Shown here: in pieces, positions 1 to 9,780 of the stretch
Layout of the letters: each line of letters opens with the position of its first letter
Position numbering within the stretch: the stretch's first letter is position 1
Source of the DNA: Candidatus Entotheonellaceae bacterium
GTDB taxonomy: Bacteria > Tectomicrobia > Entotheonellia > Entotheonellales > Entotheonellaceae
Assembly: GCA_965238075.1 (NCBI GenBank)
Contig: OZ250173.1
Span: 864,001-928,000, forward strand
DNA: 64,000 bases
Direction of reading: 5' to 3'
Notes under the pieces: model-generated
The model's input: the letters and a program-made list of their open reading frames with translations, nothing else
Told to the model about the DNA's origin: nothing
Databases searched by the model: none
Position numbers and translations under genes: made by a program

Positions 1-444
1 TCGGGCGAAGGCTGCGCGGAAGCCCCGCGCCACGTCGTTGTTGTCCGGTGTGTTGTAGACCTTGGAGGCGTATTCCACCAGATTTCCGGCGTCTTTGCCG
101 AGCAGGCCGCAGGTGTAGAGCATGCCGGCCAGGGAGCGCACCGTGAACGCGCCGCGGCTGAACCCGAAGAGATAAACGGCGTCTCCGTCTTCGTGGCAAC
201 GCATCAGGTAGCGGTAGGCATCCTCGACGTTTTTCTGCAATCCGTAGCCGGTCGCCTGATCGGCAAAGGCTGTCAGGCTTCCGCTCTCTTCGTCGTATTC
301 CCAGCCGCCGGTGCCGACGCCCGGGTCGTAATACGCGACCTGAGAGGCGTCCTTCTCCGCCAGAACGTAGGTTTCCACCACGTTCGTGTTGTTGCGTCCG
401 TATTCGTTGCCGGTTCCATCACAGCAGATGACGATGTTCTTCAT
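1..444 (-). CDS. DUF2235 / Tle1-like alpha/beta-hydrolase (phospholipase-like), 3' end runs off window
   Basis: Manual translation from ATG at 444 (GAGGAG RBS upstream): MKNIVICCDGTGNEYG..NTNV..YYDPGVGT..AYRYLM..YLFGFSRGAFTVRSLAGML; DGT, GVGT and GFSRG motifs are typical of DUF2235. Not in the ORF track. Confidence 0.85.
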   Translation of the reverse strand, partial: MKNIVICCDGTGNEYGRNNTNVVETYVLAEKDASQVAYYDPGVGTGGWEYDEESGSLTAFADQATGYGLQKNVEDAYRYLMRCHEDGDAVYLFGFSRGAFTVRSLAGMLYTCGLLGKDAGNLVEYASKVYNTPDNNDVARGFRAAFAR

Positions 445-530
445 GTCATGCTCCTCACATGTAGTATGATGCGCCCCGGAGCATAGCCGATGGGTTACGG
501 ACACTCCACGATTCCGCCAAGGAGAACCCC

Positions 531-1820
531 GTGCGCGTGCTGCTGATTGCCACCAACCGGCACGACCGCCTGATGAGCCGCCTGAACGCCAAGCCGTTGC
601 CGATCGGGCTGGCCTACGTGGCCGGTGCCTTTGCCAACTCGCGGCACACCGTCAAATCGCTGGATCTGATGTTCTCCGAGGACGCTTCCGCCGACGTCGA
701 ACGGGCGGTGCGTGACGTGCAGCCCGATCTGGTGGGCATTTCGCTGCGTAACCTGAGCAACCACAGCTACCTCGACCCGCAATGGGCGCTGCCCGATTCC
801 AAGGCGGTGATCGACACGGTGCGAGCCTGCTGCGGCGCCACGATCGTGTGCGGCGGCCCGGCCTTCAGTATCCTGCCGCAGGCGGTGTTCGACTATCTGG
901 AACCGGACCTGGGACTGATCGGGGACGCCGCCGACACCTTTGTGCGCCTCGCTGACAGCCTGGAACCCGGCGCGCCCCACGATGACCTGCCCGGACTGGT
1001 CTACCGCCGAGACGGCCGCGTCGTCGTGAACCCGGCGGGCGACGGCAGCGCCTTCAACCACCCGCCCCGCCTTGACGGTCTGGACATTGCCAAATACGCC
1101 CAGGCCGGCTTCGGCATGGGCGTGGTGACCAAGCTCAGCAGCTTCGCCTATCCCACCCACGCCGGAGATAGCTCGCAGCAGGAAGCGTGGCGCGTCATTC
1201 GCCCCATCGACGAGGTGCTGGCCGAGGTCCAAAACCTGGAAGCCCGCCATGGCCTGCGCAAGGTGTTCTTCATCGACAACGCCTTCAACGTGCCGCTGCC
1301 GCATGCCAAGGACCTGTGCCGCGCCCTGGTCGCCTCCGGCACGACGGTGCACTGGGACACTTGCCTGGCGCCATTTGGCTGCGACGCCGAACTGATCCGC
1401 CTTATGAACCAGGCCGGGTGCGGCCTCGTCCTCATGGGCGCGCTGCCGACCGCGCCGCTGGCGGCGGGGAATCTGGCCGAACGCCTGCAGCCGGCGCTCG
1501 AAACCTGCCGCCTGTGCGAGCGGCACGGGCTGAACTACACCCTCTCCGTCACCTTCGGCGAGCCCGACGAGACGCGGCAGACGGTCGCCGCCAAGCTCGA
1601 CTTTCTGCGCGGCGTCAAACCGTCCCTGGCCAACCTGCGCGTCGGCGTCAGCGTTCTGCCCGGCACCGCGGTGGCCGCCCGCGCTTTGGCCGAGGGGCTC
1701 ATTGGCAACGAGGCTGAACTCGTCAAGCCCACCTTCTACGTCGCCCCCGCCGTGCGCGACTGGATCGTCGACACCCTGCTGGCGGAAAAGGCCGCAAACC
1801 GCCGCTGGAACGTGCTGTGA
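531..1820 (+). CDS. B12-binding domain / radical-SAM-fold protein lacking the CxxxCxxC motif
   Basis: N-terminal PLPIGLAYVA..DLVGISLRN..GGPAFS (B12-binding), then RPIDEVLAEV and FFIDNAFNVP of class B rSAM proteins; the expected cysteine triad is absent. Confidence 0.75.
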   Translation: MRVLLIATNRHDRLMSRLNAKPLPIGLAYVAGAFANSRHTVKSLDLMFSEDASADVERAVRDVQPDLVGISLRNLSNHSYLDPQWALPDSKAVIDTVRACCGATIVCGGPAFSILPQAVFDYLEPDLGLIGDAADTFVRLADSLEPGAPHDDLPGLVYRRDGRVVVNPAGDGSAFNHPPRLDGLDIAKYAQAGFGMGVVTKLSSFAYPTHAGDSSQQEAWRVIRPIDEVLAEVQNLEARHGLRKVFFIDNAFNVPLPHAKDLCRALVASGTTVHWDTCLAPFGCDAELIRLMNQAGCGLVLMGALPTAPLAAGNLAERLQPALETCRLCERHGLNYTLSVTFGEPDETRQTVAAKLDFLRGVKPSLANLRVGVSVLPGTAVAARALAEGLIGNEAELVKPTFYVAPAVRDWIVDTLLAEKAANRRWNVL

Positions 1821-1929
1821 GGCTCGACCCGCCCTGGCCGAATCTCCTTGTCTGGTATAGGCAGTTCTGATACAAAAGACGCTTTGACCCTTTAGCCACG
1901 ACATAGAATCGGAGGAACAGCCCAACATC

Positions 1930-3078
1930 ATGGAGGTCCTGAGCGCCCTTGCCGGGGAGAGGAAAACGTACCGGAAAAAACTCACGGTGTTGGATCGGGA
2001 AATCCGACAGGTGATAGTCGGCTATGATCGGCTGGTACGGCGGCTGCTCTACGGCCTCTTCTCAGACGGCCAAAAAAGTCTGGGGCGCACCACCTGTGCC
2101 CACCTGTTGCTACTCGCCTACCCGGGCCTTGGCAAATCTACCGCCGGCGAAACCGTTGCCCAGCTCATTGGCGGCGTTTTCCGCAGGATTCAGCTGGTAG
2201 CCGACATGCTGCCCGCCGATATCCTCGGCGCCCCGGTGCTGGAAAGCCAGAACGGCAAAAAGGAATTCACCTTCCTGCGCGGCCCCATCTTTTCCAACAG
2301 CATCCTCCTCGACGAAATCAACCGCACGCCGCCGCGCACCCTCAGCGCCGCCCTGCAAGCCATGGCGGAGGGCAAAGTCGACGTCGGCCACGAGCGTTTC
2401 TACATCGACGAGCCCTTTTTCGTCATCGCTACCCAGAACCCACTCGAACAAGAGGGCACCTACCCGCTGCCGGAAGCCCTCCTCGACCGCTTCGCCATGC
2501 GTATCACCCTGGATTACCTCTCCGAAGCCGAAGAAATGGCCCTGTCCGAGCGCGAGGACGTGTTCGCCGACTTGTCGCTCAAGCCGGTCATGAGCCGCGA
2601 GGAAGTCGTCGCCGCGCGCGCCTTCATTCGCGCCAACGTCTACGTTGACCGCGCCTGCCGGGCTTACGCGGTGCGGCTGGTACACGCCACGCGGCCGCCA
2701 ACCGACGACCCCACCGGCTCGCTGCACCGGCAATGCCTGGATGACCTCTATATCGGCGACCGCTCGCCCGTGCTGGTCGGCTGCTCGCCGCGCACCCACC
2801 TCGTCCTCGTTAACCTCGCCAAAACGCGGGCCTTCCTCAAGGGCCGCGACGAGGTGTGGTACGAGGACCTCCAGGACTTGGCGTTCGACGTGCTCAATCA
2901 CCGCCTGGTGCTGGATGGCACCCTGTTGGCGCAACGGGCCAGTCGTCCCATGGCGTTTCTGGACGACCACCTCATCGAGCAGGGCGAACGCGCCTTCGAT
3001 CTGCGTGACGACATCGGCTTCCTGCGCCAAGTGGTGCGCCGCATCCTGCGCGGCGTTCCCACCGAGGTGGCCGATTAG
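1930..3078 (+). CDS. MoxR-family AAA+ ATPase
   Basis: AYPGLGKS Walker A, RIQLVADMLPADILG, GPIFSNSILLDEINRTPP, VIATQNPLEQEGTYPLPEALLDRF. Confidence 0.93.
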   Translation: MEVLSALAGERKTYRKKLTVLDREIRQVIVGYDRLVRRLLYGLFSDGQKSLGRTTCAHLLLLAYPGLGKSTAGETVAQLIGGVFRRIQLVADMLPADILGAPVLESQNGKKEFTFLRGPIFSNSILLDEINRTPPRTLSAALQAMAEGKVDVGHERFYIDEPFFVIATQNPLEQEGTYPLPEALLDRFAMRITLDYLSEAEEMALSEREDVFADLSLKPVMSREEVVAARAFIRANVYVDRACRAYAVRLVHATRPPTDDPTGSLHRQCLDDLYIGDRSPVLVGCSPRTHLVLVNLAKTRAFLKGRDEVWYEDLQDLAFDVLNHRLVLDGTLLAQRASRPMAFLDDHLIEQGERAFDLRDDIGFLRQVVRRILRGVPTEVAD

Positions 3079-3116
3079 GGCCGCGGCAACCACAGCGAGC
3101 GGAGCCGAGCGGAGAT

Positions 3117-4052
3117 ATGCAGATAGCGCGCGCGACAGCGAGCGATAGTGGCGACATGGATTTCGGCACTTGGTACGCCCACGCCACCCGCCGGGCCGAT
3201 CTACACCTGAGGCAACGGGTGCAGACCATCATGCAGGGTATGCACGGCAGCACCTTTCGCGGCCGCGGCGAGGATTTCGAGTTTTTCCAGCCGCACGCCC
3301 TCGGCGAGGACACCGCCCACATCGACTGGCGAGCCAGTGAGCGCCTGGAAAGCGGCCTGCTGGTGCGCCGCTTGCGCGAAGAGCGCGTGCTCGAAGTATG
3401 GATCGCCGCCGACCTCAGCGCCTCGATCTTCACCGGCTTTTCCACCGAGGGCTGCAAGCAGCGCCTTCTGCTGGACCTCATCGCCATCATCGGGCGCTCG
3501 GTCATCGGCCAGCAGGACCTCCTCGGATTCGTCGGTTTCGACCGCAACATCCGCACCGTGATGCAACCGTTTCGCTCGGAAAAGACCTTCGTCAATCTGC
3601 TGCAAATGATCTGGGAGCACCAGCCCGAGAGCGGCGCAACCACCACCTTGCTGCCGGCCCTGCGGTTCTTCGAGACGCAAGAGGGCGCCTCGCAGAAGAA
3701 GAAAAAGCGCCTGCTGCTGCTGCTGTCCGATTTCGAGACCGAGGACGACTGGCTGCCGGCCGCGCAGCGCATACACGCCATGCACCCGTTGCTGCCCATC
3801 GTGCTGGAAGAAGCCGTGCCGGAACACCTGCCGACCTCAGCTGGGCTGCTGACCTACCGCGATGTCGAGAGCGGGCAGTTACAGACGGTTGACGCACGCG
3901 CCTGGCTGCGGCTGCTGCACGAGGAAAGGCAGGAACAGCGCGAGCGCTACCTGGCAGCGTTCGAGGCCTCGGGCCTGGGGGCGCTGTTCGTATCGCAGCA
4001 AGCCTTCGACGTGGACGCCGTCATCGAGTATCTCGAAGCGCAACGTGTGTAA
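3117..4052 (+). CDS. DUF58 domain protein (MoxR partner)
   Basis: GMHGSTFRGRGEDFE..HIDWRAS..VRRLREER..DLSAS..LLSDF; directly follows moxR. Start may be the ATG at 3156. Confidence 0.88.
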   Translation: MQIARATASDSGDMDFGTWYAHATRRADLHLRQRVQTIMQGMHGSTFRGRGEDFEFFQPHALGEDTAHIDWRASERLESGLLVRRLREERVLEVWIAADLSASIFTGFSTEGCKQRLLLDLIAIIGRSVIGQQDLLGFVGFDRNIRTVMQPFRSEKTFVNLLQMIWEHQPESGATTTLLPALRFFETQEGASQKKKKRLLLLLSDFETEDDWLPAAQRIHAMHPLLPIVLEEAVPEHLPTSAGLLTYRDVESGQLQTVDARAWLRLLHEERQEQRERYLAAFEASGLGALFVSQQAFDVDAVIEYLEAQRV

Positions 4053-4086
4053 CTGCCCGGTCGGATTAGAGAGGGTCTGATTTTGA

Positions 4087-4208
4087 CGTCACTCCGGCGA
4101 AGGCCGGAGTCCAGAGGGTTTTCCGCCGGCAAGAGCCTGCTCCGGTCTGGGGTTGATGGATTCCGGAGCCTGCCCCGGACCTGATCCGGGGTCAAGCCCG
4201 GAATGACC
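4087..4208. repeat. REP-like double-hairpin element (family A) carrying a ~24-nt insert at 4167-4191
   Basis: CGTCACTCCGGCGAAGGCCGGAGTCCAG...TGGATTCCGG..GTCAAGCCCGGAATGACC; an inverted homolog lies at 7792-7887. Confidence 0.8.
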
Positions 4209-4414
4209 GATTTGAAGACTTTGGACGATCTAGGGCGGTTTGCGTTCGTATGTCTGGCCTATCTACGTGCCATGCTGTGATGCGCCCCATCGAGATCGTT
4301 CGTGCCCGCGGCGGTTTGTTTTGCGGGACCTCGTCCAGCACATGGGTTCTGCGGGGGTTGGGTTTTTGCGGTTCTGACGCGCCTTTTCGGCCACGGATTT
4401 GTTGTCGGGGAGAG

Positions 4415-4514
4415 AACCCCCCTCGCCCCCCTTATCAGGGGGGAATTTCTGAAAACCGCAAGGGCTCAAGGACAACCCCTCCAAGGCCCCCCTGACAAGG
4501 AGGGTCGGGGGGTT
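4415..4514. repeat. Inverted pair of REP-like palindromes (family C)
   Basis: CCCCCCTCGCCCCCCTTATCAGGGGGG and its approximate reverse complement CCCCCCTGACAAGGAGGGTCGGGGGGTT. Confidence 0.65.
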
Positions 4515-4653
4515 ACGCCAACGCAGGCGCAGGGCCGCTCGGGTGCACGTCTTTGTCCGACGCCTTACACTGCTGCGGATATCCCATATAGGCATGCGAA
4601 AACCGCTCTATCTGTATAGAAAAGGATGCCTCATTTTGGTTCCGAAACAGTTG

Positions 4654-6486
4654 ATGCCCAAACGACCAACCGGACGCTGTGTTCTGCTGGCCTTCGTTAG
4701 TGCTTTGCTGTTGACCAGCACCGGGCTGACGCCTTCCGTCTGGTCGCAGGACGCCATTTACGAGCGCTCCGAAGAAGAGCGGCTCTACTACGAACCCGAG
4801 CATTTCGTGCGTTACCGCATGGTCGACGCGGGATTGCAGCGCGAGGACCTGCTGCCCTTGCTGTCGCGCCAGCACGCCGTCATCGTGCTGGAAAAGCCGG
4901 ACGACTACAGCGAACGCCGGGTGCGCGAGCTGTTGCAACAGCCGCCGGTGAGCCTGCCGTCCATCGCCGCCTTCCGCGCTATGCCCGGTCCGAAAACCGC
5001 CGAAACCTTCGCGGTCGGCTACATCCAGGACCCGCTGGCGGCGCTCCGCCTCAAGGCCGGAAAGGATTTCGCCATTTACCTGGTCACCTTCGACCACCGC
5101 CTGCGCCTGGGCGTTTTCCTGCAGGCCCTGCAGGAACTGGCCGACCGCTCGGAGGTGGATTACGCCCTGCCGGCGTTTTTCTTTGCGGATAAGATGGCGG
5201 CGCCGTTTCCGCTCTTCGAGGCGGAATTTCTGGCGCCGCAGCTCATCCCCGGCGGCCTCCGCCGCATCGTGTCACTGAACCGCACCAATCACGTGCAACC
5301 GGTGCAGGACGAAACCGAGGAGGAGCCCGATTTTGAGCAGCCGGTCGTCTTGCAGCTCAGCAAGAAGGCGCCCAGCAACATCCTGGCCACGGTGTTGCGC
5401 TACCAGCAGATGCCCGGCGTCGTCAAGCAGGCGCAATTACGCTGGCTGCGGCTGCGCCTGCCGGTGGAGGTTCAGGCAAGCTGGGAACTGCCCGCCGGCA
5501 TCAACTCGTTCGGCATCTGGGAGCCGGTGCGCTACAGGCTGGCCATCGAGCGCGACCAGGACGTCGATCTGCTGCCCAAAGCCTTTACCGAGGGATCGGT
5601 GCGCGCCTGGTTGTCGGACAATACCAGGCTGCCGGACGAACTCATTCAGGTGGACGATATCGAGCGGCAAACCCGCGACGTCGGCGACGGCCGTGCCCTG
5701 GACGAGGTGTTGCTGACCTTCCGCCTATCCAAAACCGGCATTTACATTTTCTCCCCGTATCCCATTCAGGCCACCTACACGGGCCTGAACGACCAGCGCC
5801 GCATCGAGGTGTTCAACGCCAAGTCGCAAAATTTCCTCAGTATTCCCGGCCACCTGCCGCGGCAGGTCGGCCAAATGCCCGGGCAACTGCTGCCCGTCGC
5901 GGCTCTGCAGACGCCAACCTGGATCAGTCCGACCGGTCTGGCGCTGGGCGTCCTGTGTATGGTTGTCGGGCTCATTGGCGCCCTGCGCGTCTCGAACCGC
6001 ACCTGGAGCTTTCGCGCCGCCGCCGCTATTGACGACACCAAGGCGCACGCGCAGGCATTGGCGGCCCTGCGGCAGCGCTACCGCGAGCGGCTCGGCGACC
6101 TGACGCAGCAGGCGGACTCGCTGTCCCTGCAAGGCCACGCGGACGCCACAGCGAACGAAGCTGAGCGTATCAATCAGATGCAAGCGAGCGCTGGCGAGCG
6201 TGCTTGGCTGCGGGCGCTCAGCGTGTTCCTGAAACAGCTCCTCGGCGAACGCTGCTACGAAGACGAGCACCGGCTGCTCGGCGGCCTGGGCACGTCGAGC
6301 GCAACGATCCATCGGTACATGCTGGCCACCTCGGTCGACCCGCAGGCGCCGCCGGTGGCGGACGCGCTGGATCTGCTGCAAGCCATCGAGGGCCGGGCGC
6401 TGAGCCAAGATCTGTCGCTAACCAAAGACACCATCGATGATCTGCTGAGCCGCGCCACCCGTCTCGCCGAAGCCCTTTGTGAATAG
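4654..6486 (+). CDS. Exported/membrane-anchored protein of the MoxR operon (BatD/MxaA-like position)
   Basis: Signal-peptide-like N-terminus from ATG 4654 (MPKRPTGRCVLLAFVSALLL..), one TM segment (GLALGVLCMVVGLIGAL); stop is 3 nt before the vWA gene. Confidence 0.6.
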   Translation: MPKRPTGRCVLLAFVSALLLTSTGLTPSVWSQDAIYERSEEERLYYEPEHFVRYRMVDAGLQREDLLPLLSRQHAVIVLEKPDDYSERRVRELLQQPPVSLPSIAAFRAMPGPKTAETFAVGYIQDPLAALRLKAGKDFAIYLVTFDHRLRLGVFLQALQELADRSEVDYALPAFFFADKMAAPFPLFEAEFLAPQLIPGGLRRIVSLNRTNHVQPVQDETEEEPDFEQPVVLQLSKKAPSNILATVLRYQQMPGVVKQAQLRWLRLRLPVEVQASWELPAGINSFGIWEPVRYRLAIERDQDVDLLPKAFTEGSVRAWLSDNTRLPDELIQVDDIERQTRDVGDGRALDEVLLTFRLSKTGIYIFSPYPIQATYTGLNDQRRIEVFNAKSQNFLSIPGHLPRQVGQMPGQLLPVAALQTPTWISPTGLALGVLCMVVGLIGALRVSNRTWSFRAAAAIDDTKAHAQALAALRQRYRERLGDLTQQADSLSLQGHADATANEAERINQMQASAGERAWLRALSVFLKQLLGERCYEDEHRLLGGLGTSSATIHRYMLATSVDPQAPPVADALDLLQAIEGRALSQDLSLTKDTIDDLLSRATRLAEALCE

Positions 6487-6489
6487 CCC

Positions 6490-7626
6490 ATGTTGCAATT
6501 CGAGCACCCCGCCGCTCTCCTGCTCGCCCTACCCCTCATCGCGCTGGCTTGGTGGCCGCGCCGCCGTCCGCTGCCATACCTGGCGGTGAGCCTGCCCCCG
6601 GCGGTTCGCGCGCGCGCCGGAGCGGCAGCCGGACAGCGCCGCCTCACCCGCTTGCCGTTTTACTGCCTATACGGCTTCCTCGCCATCTTGCTCGTCGTCA
6701 TGTCCGAACCCTACCTCGGCACGGTGGAAACGCACGAGGTGGAAGAAGCGCGGAGCATCCTCATGCTTCTTGACACCTCCGCCAGCATGATCCAGACCGG
6801 GCTGCTGAAGCGCGTGGTGACAGGCTTTCTGGTGCCGTTCATCGCCGCGCGCCCCGAGGGCGACCGCCTGGCGGTGGCACGCTTCGATTCCGACGCCAGC
6901 GGCGGCATCTTCACGCGCAATCACGACGGCGTGATCATGGAAATCACCCGGCGCAGCGTGGTGCAGCAATTCGACGTGTCGCGGGACCTCGCCAAGCTGA
7001 GCACCAAGGGTACGCAGCTCGGTATCGGCCTGTTCAAGGCTCTGGCCAGCTTTGTGGAAGACGAAGTGGAAAGGCAGGTGGCGGAGGCCCGCCTCGACGT
7101 GCCGGCGCAGGACGGCATTTACCGCGAATTGCAGGACGTTCTGGCCCGGTTTCTGGGGCATTTCCGGAGCAAGAGCAAGGACGAATTCCAGCTCGAAATC
7201 CCGCTTGTGGATACCCTGGCCGACATCGGCACCGGCAAGTCGATGATCCTCATTACCGACGGCCAACTTCTGGAATCCAGTTCCGAGGCGACCCGCGTGG
7301 ACTACCTGAAAATCCTGGACACCTACGAGCAACTGGGCTTCCGGCACATTTACTTCGTCAGCCTGAAATCACACCCGGCGCAGCTAAACCCGCTGCTCGG
7401 ACGCAACCCGAGCTGGCGGGCGTACACCTGGGACCAGACCACCACCGGCCTGCGCAGCATTTTCGCGCAGATCGCCCGCGACATCGACACCACGGCGCGC
7501 GGCAAGAGCGTCGTCGCCACCGAGGTAAGCAAGCAGCCGGTCGTGCGCTGGTTTCTGCCGGGCCTGCTGCTCTTGCCGCTGAGCGCCGGCCTGCGGCTGC
7601 ACCGGCGCCTGCGGCATTTCCCCTGA
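6490..7626 (+). CDS. vWA domain membrane protein (BatA/MxaC-like)
   Basis: MLQFEHPAALLLAL N-terminus, MIDAS DTSAS, GTQLG, LITDG, C-terminal TM. Confidence 0.85.
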   Translation: MLQFEHPAALLLALPLIALAWWPRRRPLPYLAVSLPPAVRARAGAAAGQRRLTRLPFYCLYGFLAILLVVMSEPYLGTVETHEVEEARSILMLLDTSASMIQTGLLKRVVTGFLVPFIAARPEGDRLAVARFDSDASGGIFTRNHDGVIMEITRRSVVQQFDVSRDLAKLSTKGTQLGIGLFKALASFVEDEVERQVAEARLDVPAQDGIYRELQDVLARFLGHFRSKSKDEFQLEIPLVDTLADIGTGKSMILITDGQLLESSSEATRVDYLKILDTYEQLGFRHIYFVSLKSHPAQLNPLLGRNPSWRAYTWDQTTTGLRSIFAQIARDIDTTARGKSVVATEVSKQPVVRWFLPGLLLLPLSAGLRLHRRLRHFP

Positions 7627-7706
7627 GCCGACCCCGTTATCGCGCTGGCAGGTAAGCCTCAGTTTGAGAGAATCCGCTCAATCGGCCCCTCCCCAGAACG
7701 GCTTTA

Positions 7707-7977
7707 CTCCCTCTCCCCTGAAACGTGTGATGCAAATGGCTTCTTCAAGGAGGTTCTAAGCACCCCTCTGAGGCATCCCGGACTCCAAAGGGGTCATTCC
7801 GGGCTTGACCCGGAATCCAGAACCCCGGAAAGCCACTGGACTCCGGCCCCGGATCAAGTCCGGGGCAGGCTTTTCGCCGGCGTGACGCGGCGTTGCCAGA
7901 AAGGGTTGACCAGCGCTTCGTCAGACCATTCCTTATGTGCATCCCACGTCTGGAGGGAGAGGGTCGGGGTGAGGGGG
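7707..7977. repeat. Nested repeat complex: REP family B interrupted by a MITE-like element containing REP family A and the 24-nt insert
   Basis: CCCTCTCCCCTG|AAACGTGTGATGCA...TGCATCCCACGTC|TGGAGGGAGAGGGTCGGGGTGAGGGGG; an uninterrupted family-B copy is at 12811-12847. Confidence 0.75.
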
Positions 7978-8101
7978 AAGCGAGGTGCGAAACGACTCGT
8001 CGGTACGACAGCTTGCCCCCGTGTGGGGGTGTTTGCTACAGTCCGCCCCACCGCCAAACGGGGCAGGCACGCCATAGTCCACATCGAAAAGGAGAATCAG
8101 A

Positions 8102-8869
8102 ATGGCCGTTGACGAGGCAATCGAGATCAAGTGGCAGGGTTTGCAGCGGGGCGATCACGCGCCCGAGGCGCTGCAGGGCAAGCTATCCCTGCATGACGCC
8201 TACCAGGTGCAGCTGGGGGTTTTGGAGCATTACAAGGTCAGCGGCGAAACGCAGGCGGGCTGGAAGATTGGATTGACGGCCGACGCCATTCGACAAATCT
8301 ACGACACCAGCGATCCGGCCTTCGGCTTCCTGCTGGAAAGCAACGCCTACACCAGCGGCCACCGCTTCAATTTCGCCGACATCGTCAACCCGGCCATCGA
8401 ATCCGAGCTTTGCTTCACCCTCGGCGAAACGCTGCGCGGCCCCGGTGCGACCCGCGAGCAGGCGCTCAACGCGGTCAGTTCGATCGCCCCGTCGTTCGAG
8501 GTCGTATCGATGCAGGTCAAAATGGCGGAGGATTTGCCCCTGGGCATCGCCGACAACGTCAGCCAATGGGGCTATGTGACGCACACGGCGATAGCGCCGT
8601 ACCCGAAGGACCTGGTGCTGGGTGGGGTCACCGCCGAGGTCAAGACGGATGGAACCATCATCGTCAGCCTGCTCGGCGCCGACGTCATTGACGATCAACT
8701 GCAATCGCTGGCCTGGTTGGCCAACCAGCTCGCTGTTTTTGGCAGAGTGCTGGAGGCCGGCCAGTGCGTCATTACCGGATCGTTCACCAAGCCGCTGCCC
8801 ATCAAGCAGGGCGAGAGCTGGGAAACGCATTTTTCCTCGGTAGGCGCCGTTTCGGCGACGTTCGCATAG
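8102..8869 (+). CDS. 2-keto-4-pentenoate hydratase / FAH-family protein (MhpD-like)
   Basis: AYQVQ, GWKIGLT, PAIESEL, IADN, SLAWLANQL, GQCVITGS; AAGGAG RBS. Confidence 0.88.
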   Translation: MAVDEAIEIKWQGLQRGDHAPEALQGKLSLHDAYQVQLGVLEHYKVSGETQAGWKIGLTADAIRQIYDTSDPAFGFLLESNAYTSGHRFNFADIVNPAIESELCFTLGETLRGPGATREQALNAVSSIAPSFEVVSMQVKMAEDLPLGIADNVSQWGYVTHTAIAPYPKDLVLGGVTAEVKTDGTIIVSLLGADVIDDQLQSLAWLANQLAVFGRVLEAGQCVITGSFTKPLPIKQGESWETHFSSVGAVSATFA

Positions 8870-8944
8870 GGGGGAAGCAGGGCGACGAGAGGGAAGCGGC
8901 ATCGTGAAAGGCGTTCAATTTGTCGTTGACGAACAGGGTAACAG

Positions 8945-9321
8945 AACGGTGAGAGCTTTCATCTCCAGGTCGATGTCCTGGATCCGGAGTCGAAGGCACT
9001 CCGTGATGCGCAAGCCCGAGCCGTACAGAAGCTCGACCATGAGCTGATGCACTCCGGACGTCAGTGCGATCACGCGAGCCGTCTCCTCACGGGTCAGGAC
9101 AATAGGTATCCTGGTTTGTTTGCGGGCGCGGTCTGCGTTGATTTCGCCGCTCAGAGGAATCCTTCGATCTTCTCTTCCCCGGGGTGAAGGTCGTCCCGGG
9201 ACTGCATATTATGGAAACGGGCATAGCGTTTGACCCAATCGCGGTAGGCGCGTTCGGTATGGATGGAATAATGACGTCGTCGCATGAGGTCGCGCATTTC
9301 GTCGAGCAGTTTCGTCGCCAT
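8945..9321 (-). pseudogene. intI: Integron integrase IntI remnant (internal deletion/frameshift, C-terminal catalytic half lost)
   Basis: Frame 1 from 9321: MATKLLDEMRDLMRRRHYSIHTERAYRDWVKRYARFH..KIEGFL*. Frame 2 from 9148: [48 protein letters not shown], then similarity ends. Divergent from the attC cassettes. Confidence 0.9.
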
Positions 9322-9459
9322 ACAAATCCCCGAGCGCTGGGTCATGCGTGGAGCTTGGTGAGTCAAGGCGTTGAGCGCCTCTGGCGATGAGATGACACTG
9401 AGATGACACATGGCAGATCTGCTTGATAATCAATGGTTTAGCGTCAATAGGAAACGAAG

Positions 9460-9780
9460 GTGAGACCTAGGTTCAAGAGAATATTCACGTGGGCACTTGG
9501 AGTCGCGTTCTTTCTCTATCTCGCGTATTTGTTCGTTCGGCTCCAAATTGGCCTCACCGAAGAAACGTGGAACTTGATCAGAGAGCAGTGGTTGGCGGTC
9601 ATCGTATTTCCATCGGCGTGCTTTGCTTGTCTTGTCGTTGTCATGATGCTTCACCAAGCTTCTGGCAACATGGAATTCAAGGCAATGGGCTTCGAATTCA
9701 AAGGAGCTTCGGCGCCAACAGTAATTTGGGGTTTTCTTGTGCTCATTATGGCAGCGTCATTGCATTTGCTGTGGCAATAG
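9460..9780 (+). CDS. Integron cassette 1: small hypothetical membrane protein (~3 TM)
   Basis: Lower-GC ORF with hydrophobic segments; its stop codon overlaps the attC R'' box. Confidence 0.75.
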   Translation: MRPRFKRIFTWALGVAFFLYLAYLFVRLQIGLTEETWNLIREQWLAVIVFPSACFACLVVVMMLHQASGNMEFKAMGFEFKGASAPTVIWGFLVLIMAASLHLLWQ

